Shown here: positions 39,400-49,188 of the stretch, piece by piece
How positions within the stretch are numbered: the stretch's first letter is position 1
How the letters are laid out: every line of letters starts with the position of its first letter
NCBI GenBank assembly: GCA_963745235.1
Contig: CAVUXE010000053.1
Span: forward strand, 288,001 to 352,000
Source of the DNA: an uncultured Spirochaetota bacterium
Lineage (GTDB): Bacteria > Spirochaetota > Spirochaetia > SZUA-6 > Fen-1364
Reading direction: 5' to 3'
DNA: 64,000 bases
Position numbers and translations under genes: made by a program
Notes under the pieces: generated by a model
The model's database searches: none
Told to the model about the DNA's origin: nothing
What the model saw: the letters and a program-made list of their open reading frames with translations, nothing else

Positions 39400-40605
39400 A
39401 TGAGGAAGGCTTTCGTGGCTGTCGCATGCTTTGCGCTGCTTGCAGTCGCAGCGTTCGGGCAGGGCGTCATCAAGCTGGGTGCCAACTGGCCCCTTGCTGA
39501 CGTGAGCGGTCTGGAGTGCTCCAAGGCAGCCCAGCTTGCGGTAGATGAGATCAACAAGGCCGGGGGCGTCCTGGGAAAGCAGCTCCAGCTGGTGGTGGTG
39601 GATGACGAGGGGAAGGGAGACAAGGGCGTGGCCGCCATAGAGAAGCTCGTCACCGTGGACAAGGTGGACGTCCTGCTGGGCGGGATTGCTTCCGGCGTCG
39701 CCGTGGCCCAGGTCCCGACACTGAAGAAGTACCAGATGGTCACTGTCGCCACAGGGGCGGCTGCAAGCGCAAGCGTGGAAAAAGCCCTTGGACCGAGCCC
39801 CGGCTCCGACTGGTATTTCCATCTCCATCCGTGGGACTACGACCAGGGCCAGAGCTACTATGAGGGCTGGGACGCCATCCAGAAGAAGTACCCGAACGTG
39901 GTCATCAGGAGGATCTTTCTTGCCTACGAGGAGGGAGCTTTCGGAAAGTCGTCCTTCGATGCTTCCAAGGCCCTGTTCGGCTCCCGCTACACCTTTGACG
40001 GCGCTTCGTTCAAGAGCGCCCTCCAGGGCGGCTCGGACTATTCCTCCGTGCTGGAGGCGGCCAAGGATTTCAATCCGGACCTGTTCCTCTGGGCCGGTTA
40101 CGCGCAGGATGCGCTGCCCCTCCTGGAGCAGTCCAAGGCAATGAAGTTCTCCCCGCCCATCTACCTCGGGGCTCCTCCCGCATGGCCCGTTGACATGGGG
40201 AAGTCTCCCCTTGCGGAAGACATCATGCTGTACGGCATGTGGGCGCCATCGATCAATGACATCAGCCCGGCGAGCAGGAAGTTCTACGACGCCTACGTTG
40301 CCGCAACCGGCTCCGCGCCGACAAGCTACTTCGCCGCCCTCTCCTACAGCGCTGTCTACATCATCGCTGACGCGGTGAAGCGCGCCGGTGGAACAGACGC
40401 GGCCAGGCTCATTCCCGCGCTGGAAAAAACGAGGTATGTGTCTCCCCTCGGTCAGACAATCACTTTCACGCCCTCGAACATCATCAAGCACCAGGGCATC
40501 AAGAACCAGAAGATCCTCCAATGGCAGGACGGCCGCCAGGAAGTGATCTGGCCGTTCGAAGTCCAGTCCCGGGCCCTCGTGTATCCCCTTCCCCCGTGGA
40601 AGTAG
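39400..40605 (+). CDS. Liv/HAAT-family ABC substrate-binding protein
   Basis: Signal peptide; 'LAVDEINKAGGVLGKQL', 'EKLVTVDKV'. Confidence 0.88.
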   Translation: MRKAFVAVACFALLAVAAFGQGVIKLGANWPLADVSGLECSKAAQLAVDEINKAGGVLGKQLQLVVVDDEGKGDKGVAAIEKLVTVDKVDVLLGGIASGVAVAQVPTLKKYQMVTVATGAAASASVEKALGPSPGSDWYFHLHPWDYDQGQSYYEGWDAIQKKYPNVVIRRIFLAYEEGAFGKSSFDASKALFGSRYTFDGASFKSALQGGSDYSSVLEAAKDFNPDLFLWAGYAQDALPLLEQSKAMKFSPPIYLGAPPAWPVDMGKSPLAEDIMLYGMWAPSINDISPASRKFYDAYVAATGSAPTSYFAALSYSAVYIIADAVKRAGGTDAARLIPALEKTRYVSPLGQTITFTPSNIIKHQGIKNQKILQWQDGRQEVIWPFEVQSRALVYPLPPWK

Positions 40606-40606
40606 C

Positions 40607-41563
40607 ATGAGGATCGTTGTGACCCGGCCGCGCGTCGGGCCGGGTCGGATGTGGCAGGTCGTCCTCTGGACCGCCCTTGCGGCGGCGGGGACGGCCGCCG
40701 TCCTTCTGTGGAAGCCGACAGCCCTCGTGTACGGCGTTCAGCGCGCCGGCCTCTACGCGGCGGTTGCCATTCCCATGGCCCTCGTCCTCGGCATCGTCCA
40801 CATCGTCAACCTCGCCCACGGAGAGCTCATGATGGTGGCCGCCTACCTTGCCTACTTTGCCGCCCGTCTCCTCGGCCTGGACCCCTTCGTGGCCCTTGTT
40901 CCCGTGGCTCTCGTCATGGCTGTCCTGGGCCTCCTGCTGTACCAGGTTACCATCAGGCATTCCCTCAAAGCGCCGGAGCTCAACCAGCTGATCCTCACGT
41001 TCGGGCTCGGGATTGCCCTGAGCCAGATGGTGAACCTCCTGTTCACCTCGCAGTCGTGGAAGCTCTCCCTGGACTATGTGTCGGCTTCCGCGACCGTCGG
41101 AAACATCAGCTTCGGAGTGTTCGACTTCGTCTATGCAGGCGCCGCCATCGCGATCGCGCTGGGGCTGCGGCTTTTCCTGACCCGCACGCGTCTCGGGAAA
41201 GCCGCCCTCGCGGTGGGCCAGAATCCGCGTGGGGCGGCAATCGTCGGGATCGATGTCGGCAGGACCTATGCATTCGTTTTTGCCCTGGCCGTAGGCTTGA
41301 TCGGCGCCGTGGGCTCGATCTTCCTCGCGAAGCAGGCGATTTTCCCCCTGGTGGGCGGCCCGTACACCATGAAGTCCTTCTGCCTCGTGGCCATGGCGGG
41401 GGTGGGCAACATCGTCGGCATCCTTTACTGCAGCCTGGCCCTGGGGCTGTCGGAAAGCATCATCAACAGCATCAGGGGCTACGCGGGATGGTCGAACGTG
41501 GTTTTCTTCGCGATCATCATCGTGACCATCCTGGTCCGCTCCTTCCGGGAGAGGAAAGCATGA
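40607..41563 (+). CDS. LivH-like permease
   Basis: 'IVNLAHGE', 'TRLGKA...QN..GA..VGI'. Confidence 0.88.
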   Translation: MRIVVTRPRVGPGRMWQVVLWTALAAAGTAAVLLWKPTALVYGVQRAGLYAAVAIPMALVLGIVHIVNLAHGELMMVAAYLAYFAARLLGLDPFVALVPVALVMAVLGLLLYQVTIRHSLKAPELNQLILTFGLGIALSQMVNLLFTSQSWKLSLDYVSASATVGNISFGVFDFVYAGAAIAIALGLRLFLTRTRLGKAALAVGQNPRGAAIVGIDVGRTYAFVFALAVGLIGAVGSIFLAKQAIFPLVGGPYTMKSFCLVAMAGVGNIVGILYCSLALGLSESIINSIRGYAGWSNVVFFAIIIVTILVRSFRERKA

Positions 41564-42513
41564 CCCTTGCCGTCAGGCGGCTTCTCCCCCTCGCCGTTAT
41601 TGCAGTCGCTGTCCTCTTTCCTTTCGTCTCCGGCCCCTACCCCCTTGCCGTCGCGCAGAGCATCCTCATTTACATGGCCCTGGCGGTGAGCTGGGACATG
41701 CTGCTGAGGTCGGGCCAGATCTCCTTCGGCATCGCCGGCTTTTTCGGCATTGGCGCGTATGCCTCCGCCATAACCACGCTCGCCGTCCGCGCATCGCCCG
41801 TCATCTCCATCCTGCTTGCCGGGGCATGCTCCGCCGGAGTCGCGTTTGTCCTCGGCTTCGTCATCCTACGACTCAGGAAGGTGTATTTCGCCATCACGAC
41901 GCTGGCGCTCGCGGAGATCTTTCGGGTGATCGTCCACAACTGGGGAGACTTCACCGGCGGTCCGGAAGGCCTTGTCCTTCCGTCCCTGATCTTCAAGGGA
42001 GATTCGCGGGCCCTCTTCTGGATAGCCCTCGGCGGCGTGCTCCTTGCCTGCGGCTTGTCGGCGTGGTTTCAGCGCTCCCGGTTGAGGTTCGCCCTGACGG
42101 CAATCCGCAACAACGAAGTGAGCGCGCGCTCAAGCGGGATCGACATATTCAAGTACCTGATGATTGCCTTCGTGACGTCCTCTTTCATCCAGGGGATTGT
42201 CGGCGGCATCCAGGTCCAGCTCTATGGCTACGCTTCGCCGGATTCCGTGTTCGACGCCAACTACACCCTGCTCCCCCTGGCGATGGCGTTGCTGGGGGGG
42301 ATCTACAGCACGCCCGGTCCGGTGCTTGGCGCTGTCCTTCTGGGCGTTGCCGCGGAGTACCTCAAGCTGAAGATCCCGTACGGGCACCTCGTCGTGTACG
42401 GGATCATCATCGTCCTGGTCATTCTTCTTCTGCCGGATGGGCTCTACGGCCAGTACCGCAGAAGCGTCAGGGACAGGGCCCGCACGGCGCGCGGCGGAAC
42501 GGCCCATGCCTGA
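41560..42513 (+). CDS. LivM-like permease
   Basis: 'GQISFG..GFFGIGAY', 'YFAITTLA', 'TGGPEG', 'AIRNNE'. Confidence 0.88.
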   Translation: MTLAVRRLLPLAVIAVAVLFPFVSGPYPLAVAQSILIYMALAVSWDMLLRSGQISFGIAGFFGIGAYASAITTLAVRASPVISILLAGACSAGVAFVLGFVILRLRKVYFAITTLALAEIFRVIVHNWGDFTGGPEGLVLPSLIFKGDSRALFWIALGGVLLACGLSAWFQRSRLRFALTAIRNNEVSARSSGIDIFKYLMIAFVTSSFIQGIVGGIQVQLYGYASPDSVFDANYTLLPLAMALLGGIYSTPGPVLGAVLLGVAAEYLKLKIPYGHLVVYGIIIVLVILLLPDGLYGQYRRSVRDRARTARGGTAHA

Positions 42514-43225
42514 CCTCCAGACCTTCGGGCTGACCCGGCATTTCGGGGGACTTGTCGCGGTCAACAACGTTTCCTTCACCCTCGATTGCGGGGAGATACT
42601 GGGGGTCATCGGGCCAAACGGCGCGGGGAAGACCACGTTCATCAACCTCGTGTCAGGCGTCTATGCGCCGTCGAGCGGGCGCATCCACTTCCAAGGGCGG
42701 GATATCACGGGCCTGCCGGCCCACAAGCGCGCGCAGATGGGCATTTCCCGAACATTTCAGATCATTCACCCCCTGGAGAACCTCGACGTGCTGGAAAACG
42801 TGATGCTGGGGTTCATCTTCAGCCGGCGCATGGGACTGAGAGAGGCGCGACGATCCGCGGAGACGTTGTGCGGCTCTCTCGGACTGGGAGACCTGTCCCG
42901 GGATGTCTCCCAGATCACGATGCTGGAAACCAAGAAGATGGAGATTGCCCATGCCCTCGCAAGCGGGCCTTCCATCCTGTTCCTGGACGAGGTCATGGCC
43001 GGGCTCAACGTCGACGAAACCAGGGAGATCGTCCAGCTGGTCCAGAGGGTGACGAGAGAGCACAACATCGGAGTGGGTGTCGTGGAGCACGTCATGAGCG
43101 TGATCCGGGACCTGACTCACCGCGTGATCGTCCTGGAGGCTGGAGAGATCATTGCCGCCGGACCCTACGAGGAGGTTGCGAAGAATCCGAGGGTCATCGC
43201 TGCCTACCTGGGAGGGGCCGCATAG
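42506..43225 (+). CDS. LivG-like ABC ATPase
   Basis: 'FGGLVAV', GPNGAGKT, 'LDEVMAGL', 'VIAAYLG'. Confidence 0.9.
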   Translation: MPDLQTFGLTRHFGGLVAVNNVSFTLDCGEILGVIGPNGAGKTTFINLVSGVYAPSSGRIHFQGRDITGLPAHKRAQMGISRTFQIIHPLENLDVLENVMLGFIFSRRMGLREARRSAETLCGSLGLGDLSRDVSQITMLETKKMEIAHALASGPSILFLDEVMAGLNVDETREIVQLVQRVTREHNIGVGVVEHVMSVIRDLTHRVIVLEAGEIIAAGPYEEVAKNPRVIAAYLGGAA

Positions 43226-44149
43226 ATGCTCCAGATCAGGGATTTGGAGGTCAGCTATGGGAGGATCCCCGTCCTGCGGGGCGTGAGCCTGACAGTCGGC
43301 AACGAATCCGTCGGGTTGTTCGGACCGAACGGGGCAGGGAAAACCACGCTGATCAACGCGATCATGGGCTTTCTCCGTCCGCGGGCCGGCACAGCCACGG
43401 TGGATGGTCAGGACCTCACGGCGCTGCGCACGCACCAGATTGCCAGGGCAGGGATCGCTCTTGTGCCGCAGGAGCGCGAGCTTTTCCCCGGCATGTCCGT
43501 TGGAGACAACCTGGAGCTCGGCGCTGTCTACATCCCTCGCGCGCGGGCCGTCATGGAGAAGCAGAGGGAAACCGTGCTCGGGCTGTTTCCCGTTCTGCGG
43601 GAGCGCTACAGGCAGCTTGCAGGGACCCTGTCCGGAGGGCAGCAGCGAATGGTCGCCATTGGCCGGGCGCTCATGGCGAATCCGAGGCTTCTCATCCTGG
43701 ACGAGCCGTCTCTTGGTCTCCAGCCGTCAATCGTGTCAGAGGTCTTCGAGAAGCTCGCGCAGCTCAAGGCAACGGTCTCCATCCTCGTCACTGAGCAGAA
43801 CGTCAGGGAAAGCCTGCGGGCCGTGGACCGCGGGTATGTGCTGGAGAACGGGTCAATAGCCCTCCAGGACAGCGCGGAGGGATTGTCGAACAACCCGCAC
43901 GTGATCGCGTCATACCTGGGGATCTGGCAATGCCGAGCAACGGGACCACGAAGGGCGTCGTCGAAGCCGGGGGAGCGCGCATCTCGTACGGGGGGCGCGG
44001 CACGGGTGTTCCGGTTGTGCTCATACACGGAAACACCGGCTCGAGCAGGTGGTTCCAGCGGGTCATGGACGTGCCTGGCTGCAGGACGATTGCCCTCGAC
44101 ATGCCGAACTTCGGACACTCGGGTCCACTGCCTCACGAGCCCTCCATAG
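43226..44149 (+). CDS. LivF-like ABC ATPase (homology ends near 43925; no stop until 44149)
   Basis: GPNGAGKT, LSGGQQRM, DEPSLGL, 'VIASYLGI'. Confidence 0.85.
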   Translation: MLQIRDLEVSYGRIPVLRGVSLTVGNESVGLFGPNGAGKTTLINAIMGFLRPRAGTATVDGQDLTALRTHQIARAGIALVPQERELFPGMSVGDNLELGAVYIPRARAVMEKQRETVLGLFPVLRERYRQLAGTLSGGQQRMVAIGRALMANPRLLILDEPSLGLQPSIVSEVFEKLAQLKATVSILVTEQNVRESLRAVDRGYVLENGSIALQDSAEGLSNNPHVIASYLGIWQCRATGPRRASSKPGERASRTGGAARVFRLCSYTETPARAGGSSGSWTCLAAGRLPSTCRTSDTRVHCLTSPP

Positions 44150-44730
44150 ACCGCTACGCAGACGCCGTGACGGCTTTCCTCAGCGCGCTGGGGATAGACA
44201 GGCCGGTCCTGGTGGGGCATTCCCTCGGAGGGGCGGTGACCATCTCCCTTGCCGTTCGCGGTCCGACGCTTTTCCGCGGGCTCATGCTGGTGGATTCCGC
44301 CGCGCCCTCCGGCCTGGCGACGCCTGAAGCTCGCTATCCCTTCATCGAATCGATGCGGACCAACCGCGAGATTCTGGCAGCGGCGCTTTCCGCGGTGGCG
44401 CCGACCCTGAAAGACCAGGGCTTCTTCGCCGCCCTCGTGGATGACGCAACGCTGATGGCTGCCCCCGCCTGGATCGGGAACGCCCGCGCCCTGAGCCTCT
44501 TCGACTATCGGGGCAGGTGCGGCGCCTTCACCGCTCCCGTGCTGGTGGTGTGGGGGCGAAAGGATGTGATCGTCACGGAAGCCATGGCCCGGGAAACGGC
44601 CCAGGCCTTCCCGAACGCCCGGCTCCTGGTACTGGAAGGGGTGGGCCATTCCGTGGTGGCGGAGGATCCTCCCTGCTTCGTGAGCCTCCTGTCGGATTTC
44701 GTATCCGGATTGGGAAAGGATGACGCATGA
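43930..44730 (+). CDS. Alpha/beta-fold hydrolase (esterase)
   Basis: 'HGNTGSS' oxyanion region, GHSLGG nucleophile elbow, 'WGRKD', 'GVGH'. Confidence 0.88.
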   Translation: MPSNGTTKGVVEAGGARISYGGRGTGVPVVLIHGNTGSSRWFQRVMDVPGCRTIALDMPNFGHSGPLPHEPSIDRYADAVTAFLSALGIDRPVLVGHSLGGAVTISLAVRGPTLFRGLMLVDSAAPSGLATPEARYPFIESMRTNREILAAALSAVAPTLKDQGFFAALVDDATLMAAPAWIGNARALSLFDYRGRCGAFTAPVLVVWGRKDVIVTEAMARETAQAFPNARLLVLEGVGHSVVAEDPPCFVSLLSDFVSGLGKDDA

Positions 44731-45990
44731 GCCGTGTCAGCATTATCGGAGCGTACAACACGAAGTTCGGCAGCTTCGTGAGGCGAAACAAGGAGACGGG
44801 AGAAGTGGCTGACCTGGCTTCCCTCTACGACCTGATGATGGAGGCCGGGCGGGGCGCGCTGAAAGATGCGGGGGTCTCAGGCAAGGACGTGGACGGTGTG
44901 TGGGTCGGCAGCTGCGCGCCAGGGCTGTTCGCCAACCAGGAGCACGTTGCCGCTATCGCGCCCGAGATCGATCCCGAGGGGCTTCGTTTCAAGCCAATGA
45001 CGCGCTGTGAAGACGCCTGCGCGTCGGGCTCGGTGGCCCTCTACAACGCGGTGTACGCCGTGGAATCAGGCCGGGCGCGGATTGCCCTGGTGCTCGGCGT
45101 GGAAAAGATGAACCTCCTCGATACCCGGGGCGTCACGCACGCTCTGGCTACCTGCTCATACTGGCCCGAGGAAGGCGCCCGGGCAGTCACGTTCCCTTGC
45201 CTCTTCGCGGAGTACGCAAAGGGCTATGCCGCCCGCCACGGGCTTTCAGGGGATCTTCTCAGGCGCATGCTCGCCTCCGTCACGGCCCTCGCGTATCGCA
45301 ACGGACTGGACAACCCCCTGGCCCATTTCGGGAGGGGAGGCCCGTCGGAGAAGATGCAGCTGCTGACCGCGCAGTCCGTGCTGGACCTTCCCGAGGAGAG
45401 GAACCCCGTGATTGCCGAGCCTCTCCGGCTGCACGATTGCTCCCTCATATCCGACGGCGCTGCCGCCGTTGTGATCATGGAGAGCCGGGCAGCCGCGCGC
45501 CGGGGACGCGCGGCAGTGGAGATCTCCGGCATAGGGCACGTCAACGAGCGCATTGCGCTCTCCGCGCGGGAAGGCATGCACGAGCTGACCGCGGGCAAAG
45601 AGGCGGCGCGCCGCGCGTTCGCGGAGGCCGGCGTCGGCATCTCGGACGTGCAGATTGCCGAGGTCCATGACTGCTTCACGATCAACCAGCTCCTGTGCAC
45701 CGAGGCGCTCGGCCTGTCAGCGGACGGCCGCGCGGGTTACGACTACATGGAGGGCAGGTTCGGCAGAGAGGACGCGGAATGCTGCGTCAATCTCTCCGGC
45801 GGCCTGAAGGCGAAAGGGCATCCGGTGGGAGCCACCGGCGTCTCCATGCACGCCCTTGTCTACCGGCAGCTCATCGGGACAGCCTGCCGGGGCCGCTCCC
45901 GGCCGGGGGCAGCCGGAGATCGGCGTGACCTTCAATGTCGGCGGATCAGGCGTCACCAACTGCGTCTCAGTCCTGCGAAGACGAAGGTAG
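44727..45990 (+). CDS. SCP2-type thiolase (acetyl-CoA acyltransferase); frameshift near 45878
   Basis: 'EDACASGS' Cys, HDCF, GHPVGATG; the true C-terminus 'FNVGGSGVTNCVSVL' is in a shifted frame ending at TAG 45990. Confidence 0.88.
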
Positions 45991-46009
45991 GGGCTCTCAA
46001 GGCAGGGGC

Positions 46010-46849
46010 TCAGTAGTACTCGATTGACCTGTACTCGACTTCAACGGCCGTGTACGGTCCCTTGCCCTGGAGCTCCTTGGTCACTTTTCTGATCCAATTC
46101 CCCGCCGCGTCCAGTGAGTACTCATACTGGCGTTTCCACACGAGAGCTCCGTCCGCGGAGTATTTCTCTGCCTCTGTTTCGTTGCCCTGGGAGTCGTAGG
46201 TCGATCTGCGCTCGAGAACATTCGTTGCCCCGTATTGCTCGGAAACCCTCAGCCTGCCCTCACTGTCATACGTGTAGGCGCTGTCCTCCGAGATTGCAGC
46301 GTTGGAGTCGTACGCTATCCACTCCCGGGGGTGCCCGTTGCTGTCATAACTGTAGACCCATTTGCCGAGTGACGAGCCATCCGAGGCGAAGTGCTCTATT
46401 TCGATGTTCCTGCCCCGCGCATCGTATCCGTACACGGATTGTTCCTGGAGGGAACCGTCAGGGCCATACGTCGCGGACGTTGATTTCACGCCGGCAGCCG
46501 AATAGGTGTACACCAGCTTCAGGGACGTCTGCCCGTCCGCAAGCCTGCACTCGGTGGAGGTCCTTTTTCCCGGGCTGTCGTAGGCGAAATGGAAGGTCCA
46601 CAGGGGCAATCCGCTCGAGCTGAAATGCAGCTCTTCGGTCTTTTCTCCCGCAGGGGTGTACCAGGCCGTCTGGACCGGCCGCCTCCTGGCTTCCGACGCT
46701 GCACCGGCTTTCTGCAGCACCTCCGCTCTCTCCACGGCCACGCTTTTCACCTTGCCCTGCAAGCCGTCTTCCTCCCAGCTGCTTGGCTGGGGGAAGACGA
46801 GGGCGGCCGCTGCGAGGCCAATGACAGTCACGAAGATGGTGGTCTTCAT
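46010..46849 (-). CDS. Secreted YD-repeat protein
   Basis: Signal peptide; 'GLQGKVKSV' start; seven ~26-aa YDxxG repeats; 'DAAGNWIRK...YRSIEYY' end. Confidence 0.75.
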   Translation of the reverse strand: MKTTIFVTVIGLAAAALVFPQPSSWEEDGLQGKVKSVAVERAEVLQKAGAASEARRRPVQTAWYTPAGEKTEELHFSSSGLPLWTFHFAYDSPGKRTSTECRLADGQTSLKLVYTYSAAGVKSTSATYGPDGSLQEQSVYGYDARGRNIEIEHFASDGSSLGKWVYSYDSNGHPREWIAYDSNAAISEDSAYTYDSEGRLRVSEQYGATNVLERRSTYDSQGNETEAEKYSADGALVWKRQYEYSLDAAGNWIRKVTKELQGKGPYTAVEVEYRSIEYY

Positions 46850-46985
46850 CTGGACCTGTTGTTCGAGCAGATCATAGTATCAATTTCTTCACAAGGCAAA
46901 GGCGGTGGAAAGCCCGCAGGAACCGGGCGGGAAGGCGTGCCGTGTTGAAAGCGCGGCGTGCAAGCGCCGGCGTGAAAGCGTGGCG

Positions 46986-47040
46986 TTGACAACGGGCGGG
47001 GCCGCGGATAGAGTCCGGGAGCATATCATCATAACGATAT
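46986..47040 (+). promoter_or_regulatory. Sigma70-type promoter plus putative GntR/HutC operator
   Basis: TTGACA(46986)-N17-TAGAGT(47009); imperfect palindrome ATATCATCATAACGATAT (47023-47040) resembling the HutC GT.TA.AC core. Confidence 0.65.
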
Positions 47041-47101
47041 ATCAATCTCTGGTGGAATGCGGGCAGCGGTCACGGGAAAACGGTGACCGACAGGGGGCGG
47101 T

Positions 47102-48248
47102 ATGACGAGGATTCCCGTCGGGGTCATTGGACTGGGTTTCATTGGTCCGGCACACGTGGAGGCCCTGCGGAGGCTCCCCAACGCGGAGGTCGTGGCCATT
47201 GCCCGGCTCGGATGAGGCCTCGGCCAGGGCGAAGGCGGAAGCTCTTGGAGTGGCCAGGGCATACGGTGACTACCGGAAGCTTCTGGCATCGGACGACATC
47301 AGCGTGGTGCATGTCTGCACGCCGAACCACCTGCACTTCGAGATGTCGAAGCAGGCGCTGAACGCGGGCAAGCACGTCGTTTGCGAAAAGCCGCTCGCCG
47401 TGGAGTCCCGGGAAGCCGCGGAGCTGGCGGAGCTCGCGGCGAAGAAGAACCTCGTCAACGCCGTGCACTTCAATGTCCGCTACTACCCCCTCATGCGCCA
47501 GGTGAAGCTGATGGCGGAGAAGGGGGAGATCGGGGACATTTTCTCCGTGCACGGCAGCTACCTGCAGGACTGGCTGTTCTACGCGACGGACTACAACTGG
47601 CGCCTGGAGCCGAAGCTTTCCGGGAAGTCGCGCGCCGTGGCGGACATCGGATCGCACTGGATGGACCTGATCGAGCACATCTCGGGCCTGCGCATCGCCG
47701 AGGTGTTCGCTGATTTCGCGACGTTTCACACGACCCGCAAGAAGCCCCTGAAGCCGGTGGAGACGTATGCCGGCAAGATCCTCACGCCGGCAGACTACTC
47801 CGACATGCCTGTCACGACGGAAGACTACGCGACTCTCCTCTTCCGCTTCGAAGGAGGCGCCCATGGAGCCCTCACGGTGAGCCAGGTGTCGGCGGGGAGG
47901 AAGAACAGGATTTCCTTTGAGATCGACGGGTCCCGCAGGGCGGTTGCCTGGGAATCCGAGAGTCCGAACAGCATCTGGATCGGTCGACGTGACGGGAACA
48001 ATGAAGTGCTGATGAAGGACCCGTCGCTCGTGTATCCCGAGGTGCGGTCTCTCATCAGCTTCCCGGGCGGCCACAACGAGGCGTTCCCGGACACATCCAA
48101 GCAGCTGTTCCGGGAGGTCTATGACTTCCTGGCGGCCGGGGCAAAGGGAAGGCCGACATTCCCGACCTTCGCGGACGGTCTGCGCGAGCTCATCCTCTGT
48201 GAGAAAGCTCTCGCCAGCAAGGATACGGGCGCCTGGGTGCGCGTGTGA
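47102..48248 (+). CDS. Gfo/Idh/MocA oxidoreductase; frameshift near 47203
   Basis: [15 protein letters not shown] from ATG 47102; CEKP and 'DIGSHW' lie in the next frame. Confidence 0.88.
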
Positions 48249-48264
48249 GAAAGGAGCAGGTTCC

Positions 48265-49185
48265 ATGATGAAGCTGGGTTTCGTGAGCGCCATCCTTCCC
48301 GAGCTGAGCTTCGAGGAAGTCGTCACCTTCGCGGCGAATGAAGGTTTCTCCTGCGTGGAGCTGATGTGCTGGCCGCACGGAAAGGCGGAGAGGCGGTATG
48401 CGGGGGTGACGCACGTGGACGTTGACGCCCTGGGGGCATCGGAGGCGGCCCGCATGCGGGCGTACCTCGCGGAGAAAAAGGTCTCGATCTCGGGGCTGGG
48501 CTACTATCCCAACCCGCTGGATCCGGACGAAAAGGCCGCGGCGTACTATCGCGAACACCTGAAGAAAGTGATCACGGCGGCCGCCCGTCTTGGCGTGGAT
48601 GTCGTGAATACGTTCATTGGCCGGGATCCCGCACGGCCGCTTGAAGAGAACTTCCGGAAGTTCACTTCGGTGTGGCCGGAGCTCGTGCGCTTCGCGGAAA
48701 CGCAGAAGGTGAGGATTGCCATAGAGAACTGCCCCATGCTTTTCACCAGCGATGAGTGGCCGGGGGGCAAGAATCTTGCGATCTCGCCGGCCGTCTGGAG
48801 ACGGATGTTCTCCGAGATTCCGTCGAAGAGCTTCGGCCTCAACCTGGACCCATCCCATCTCCTGTGGCAGCAGGTCGACTACGTGAAGCCGATCTATGAG
48901 TTTGCAGAGCGCATCTTCCACGTGCATGTGAAGGATGCCAAGGTCCGTCGGGACAAGCTTGACGAGGTCGGCATCCTCGCCACCCCGCTGGAGTTCCACG
49001 CGCCCAAGCTCCCCGGCCTCGGGGAAGTGGCGTGGGGAAAGTTCATCTCCGCCCTGACCGATATCGGCTTCCGGGGCGGCGCCTGCATCGAGGTGGAGGA
49101 CCGCTCCTTCGAGGACAGCCTTGACAACCGCAAGGCGGCGCTCACGTTGAGCGGGCGATACATGAGGCAGTTCGTGGCAGGATAG
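48265..49185 (+). CDS. Sugar phosphate isomerase/epimerase (xylose-isomerase-like TIM barrel)
   Basis: 'AIENCPM', 'LNLDPSH', 'HVHVKD', 'IEVED' metal ligands. Confidence 0.88.
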   Translation: MMKLGFVSAILPELSFEEVVTFAANEGFSCVELMCWPHGKAERRYAGVTHVDVDALGASEAARMRAYLAEKKVSISGLGYYPNPLDPDEKAAAYYREHLKKVITAAARLGVDVVNTFIGRDPARPLEENFRKFTSVWPELVRFAETQKVRIAIENCPMLFTSDEWPGGKNLAISPAVWRRMFSEIPSKSFGLNLDPSHLLWQQVDYVKPIYEFAERIFHVHVKDAKVRRDKLDEVGILATPLEFHAPKLPGLGEVAWGKFISALTDIGFRGGACIEVEDRSFEDSLDNRKAALTLSGRYMRQFVAG

Positions 49186-49188
49186 CCG

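Noticed and set aside
40651-41559. Apparent long N-terminal extensions on LivM (also on the CoA transferase, the methyltransferase and the 60431 permease ORF)
   Set aside because: Out-of-frame overlap with neighbouring genes; better starts (most with an RBS or stop-start coupling) lie at 41560, 35261, 53711 and 61289.
46010-46849. Rhs polymorphic toxin
   Set aside because: Too short; no DPxG core, toxin domain or immunity gene.
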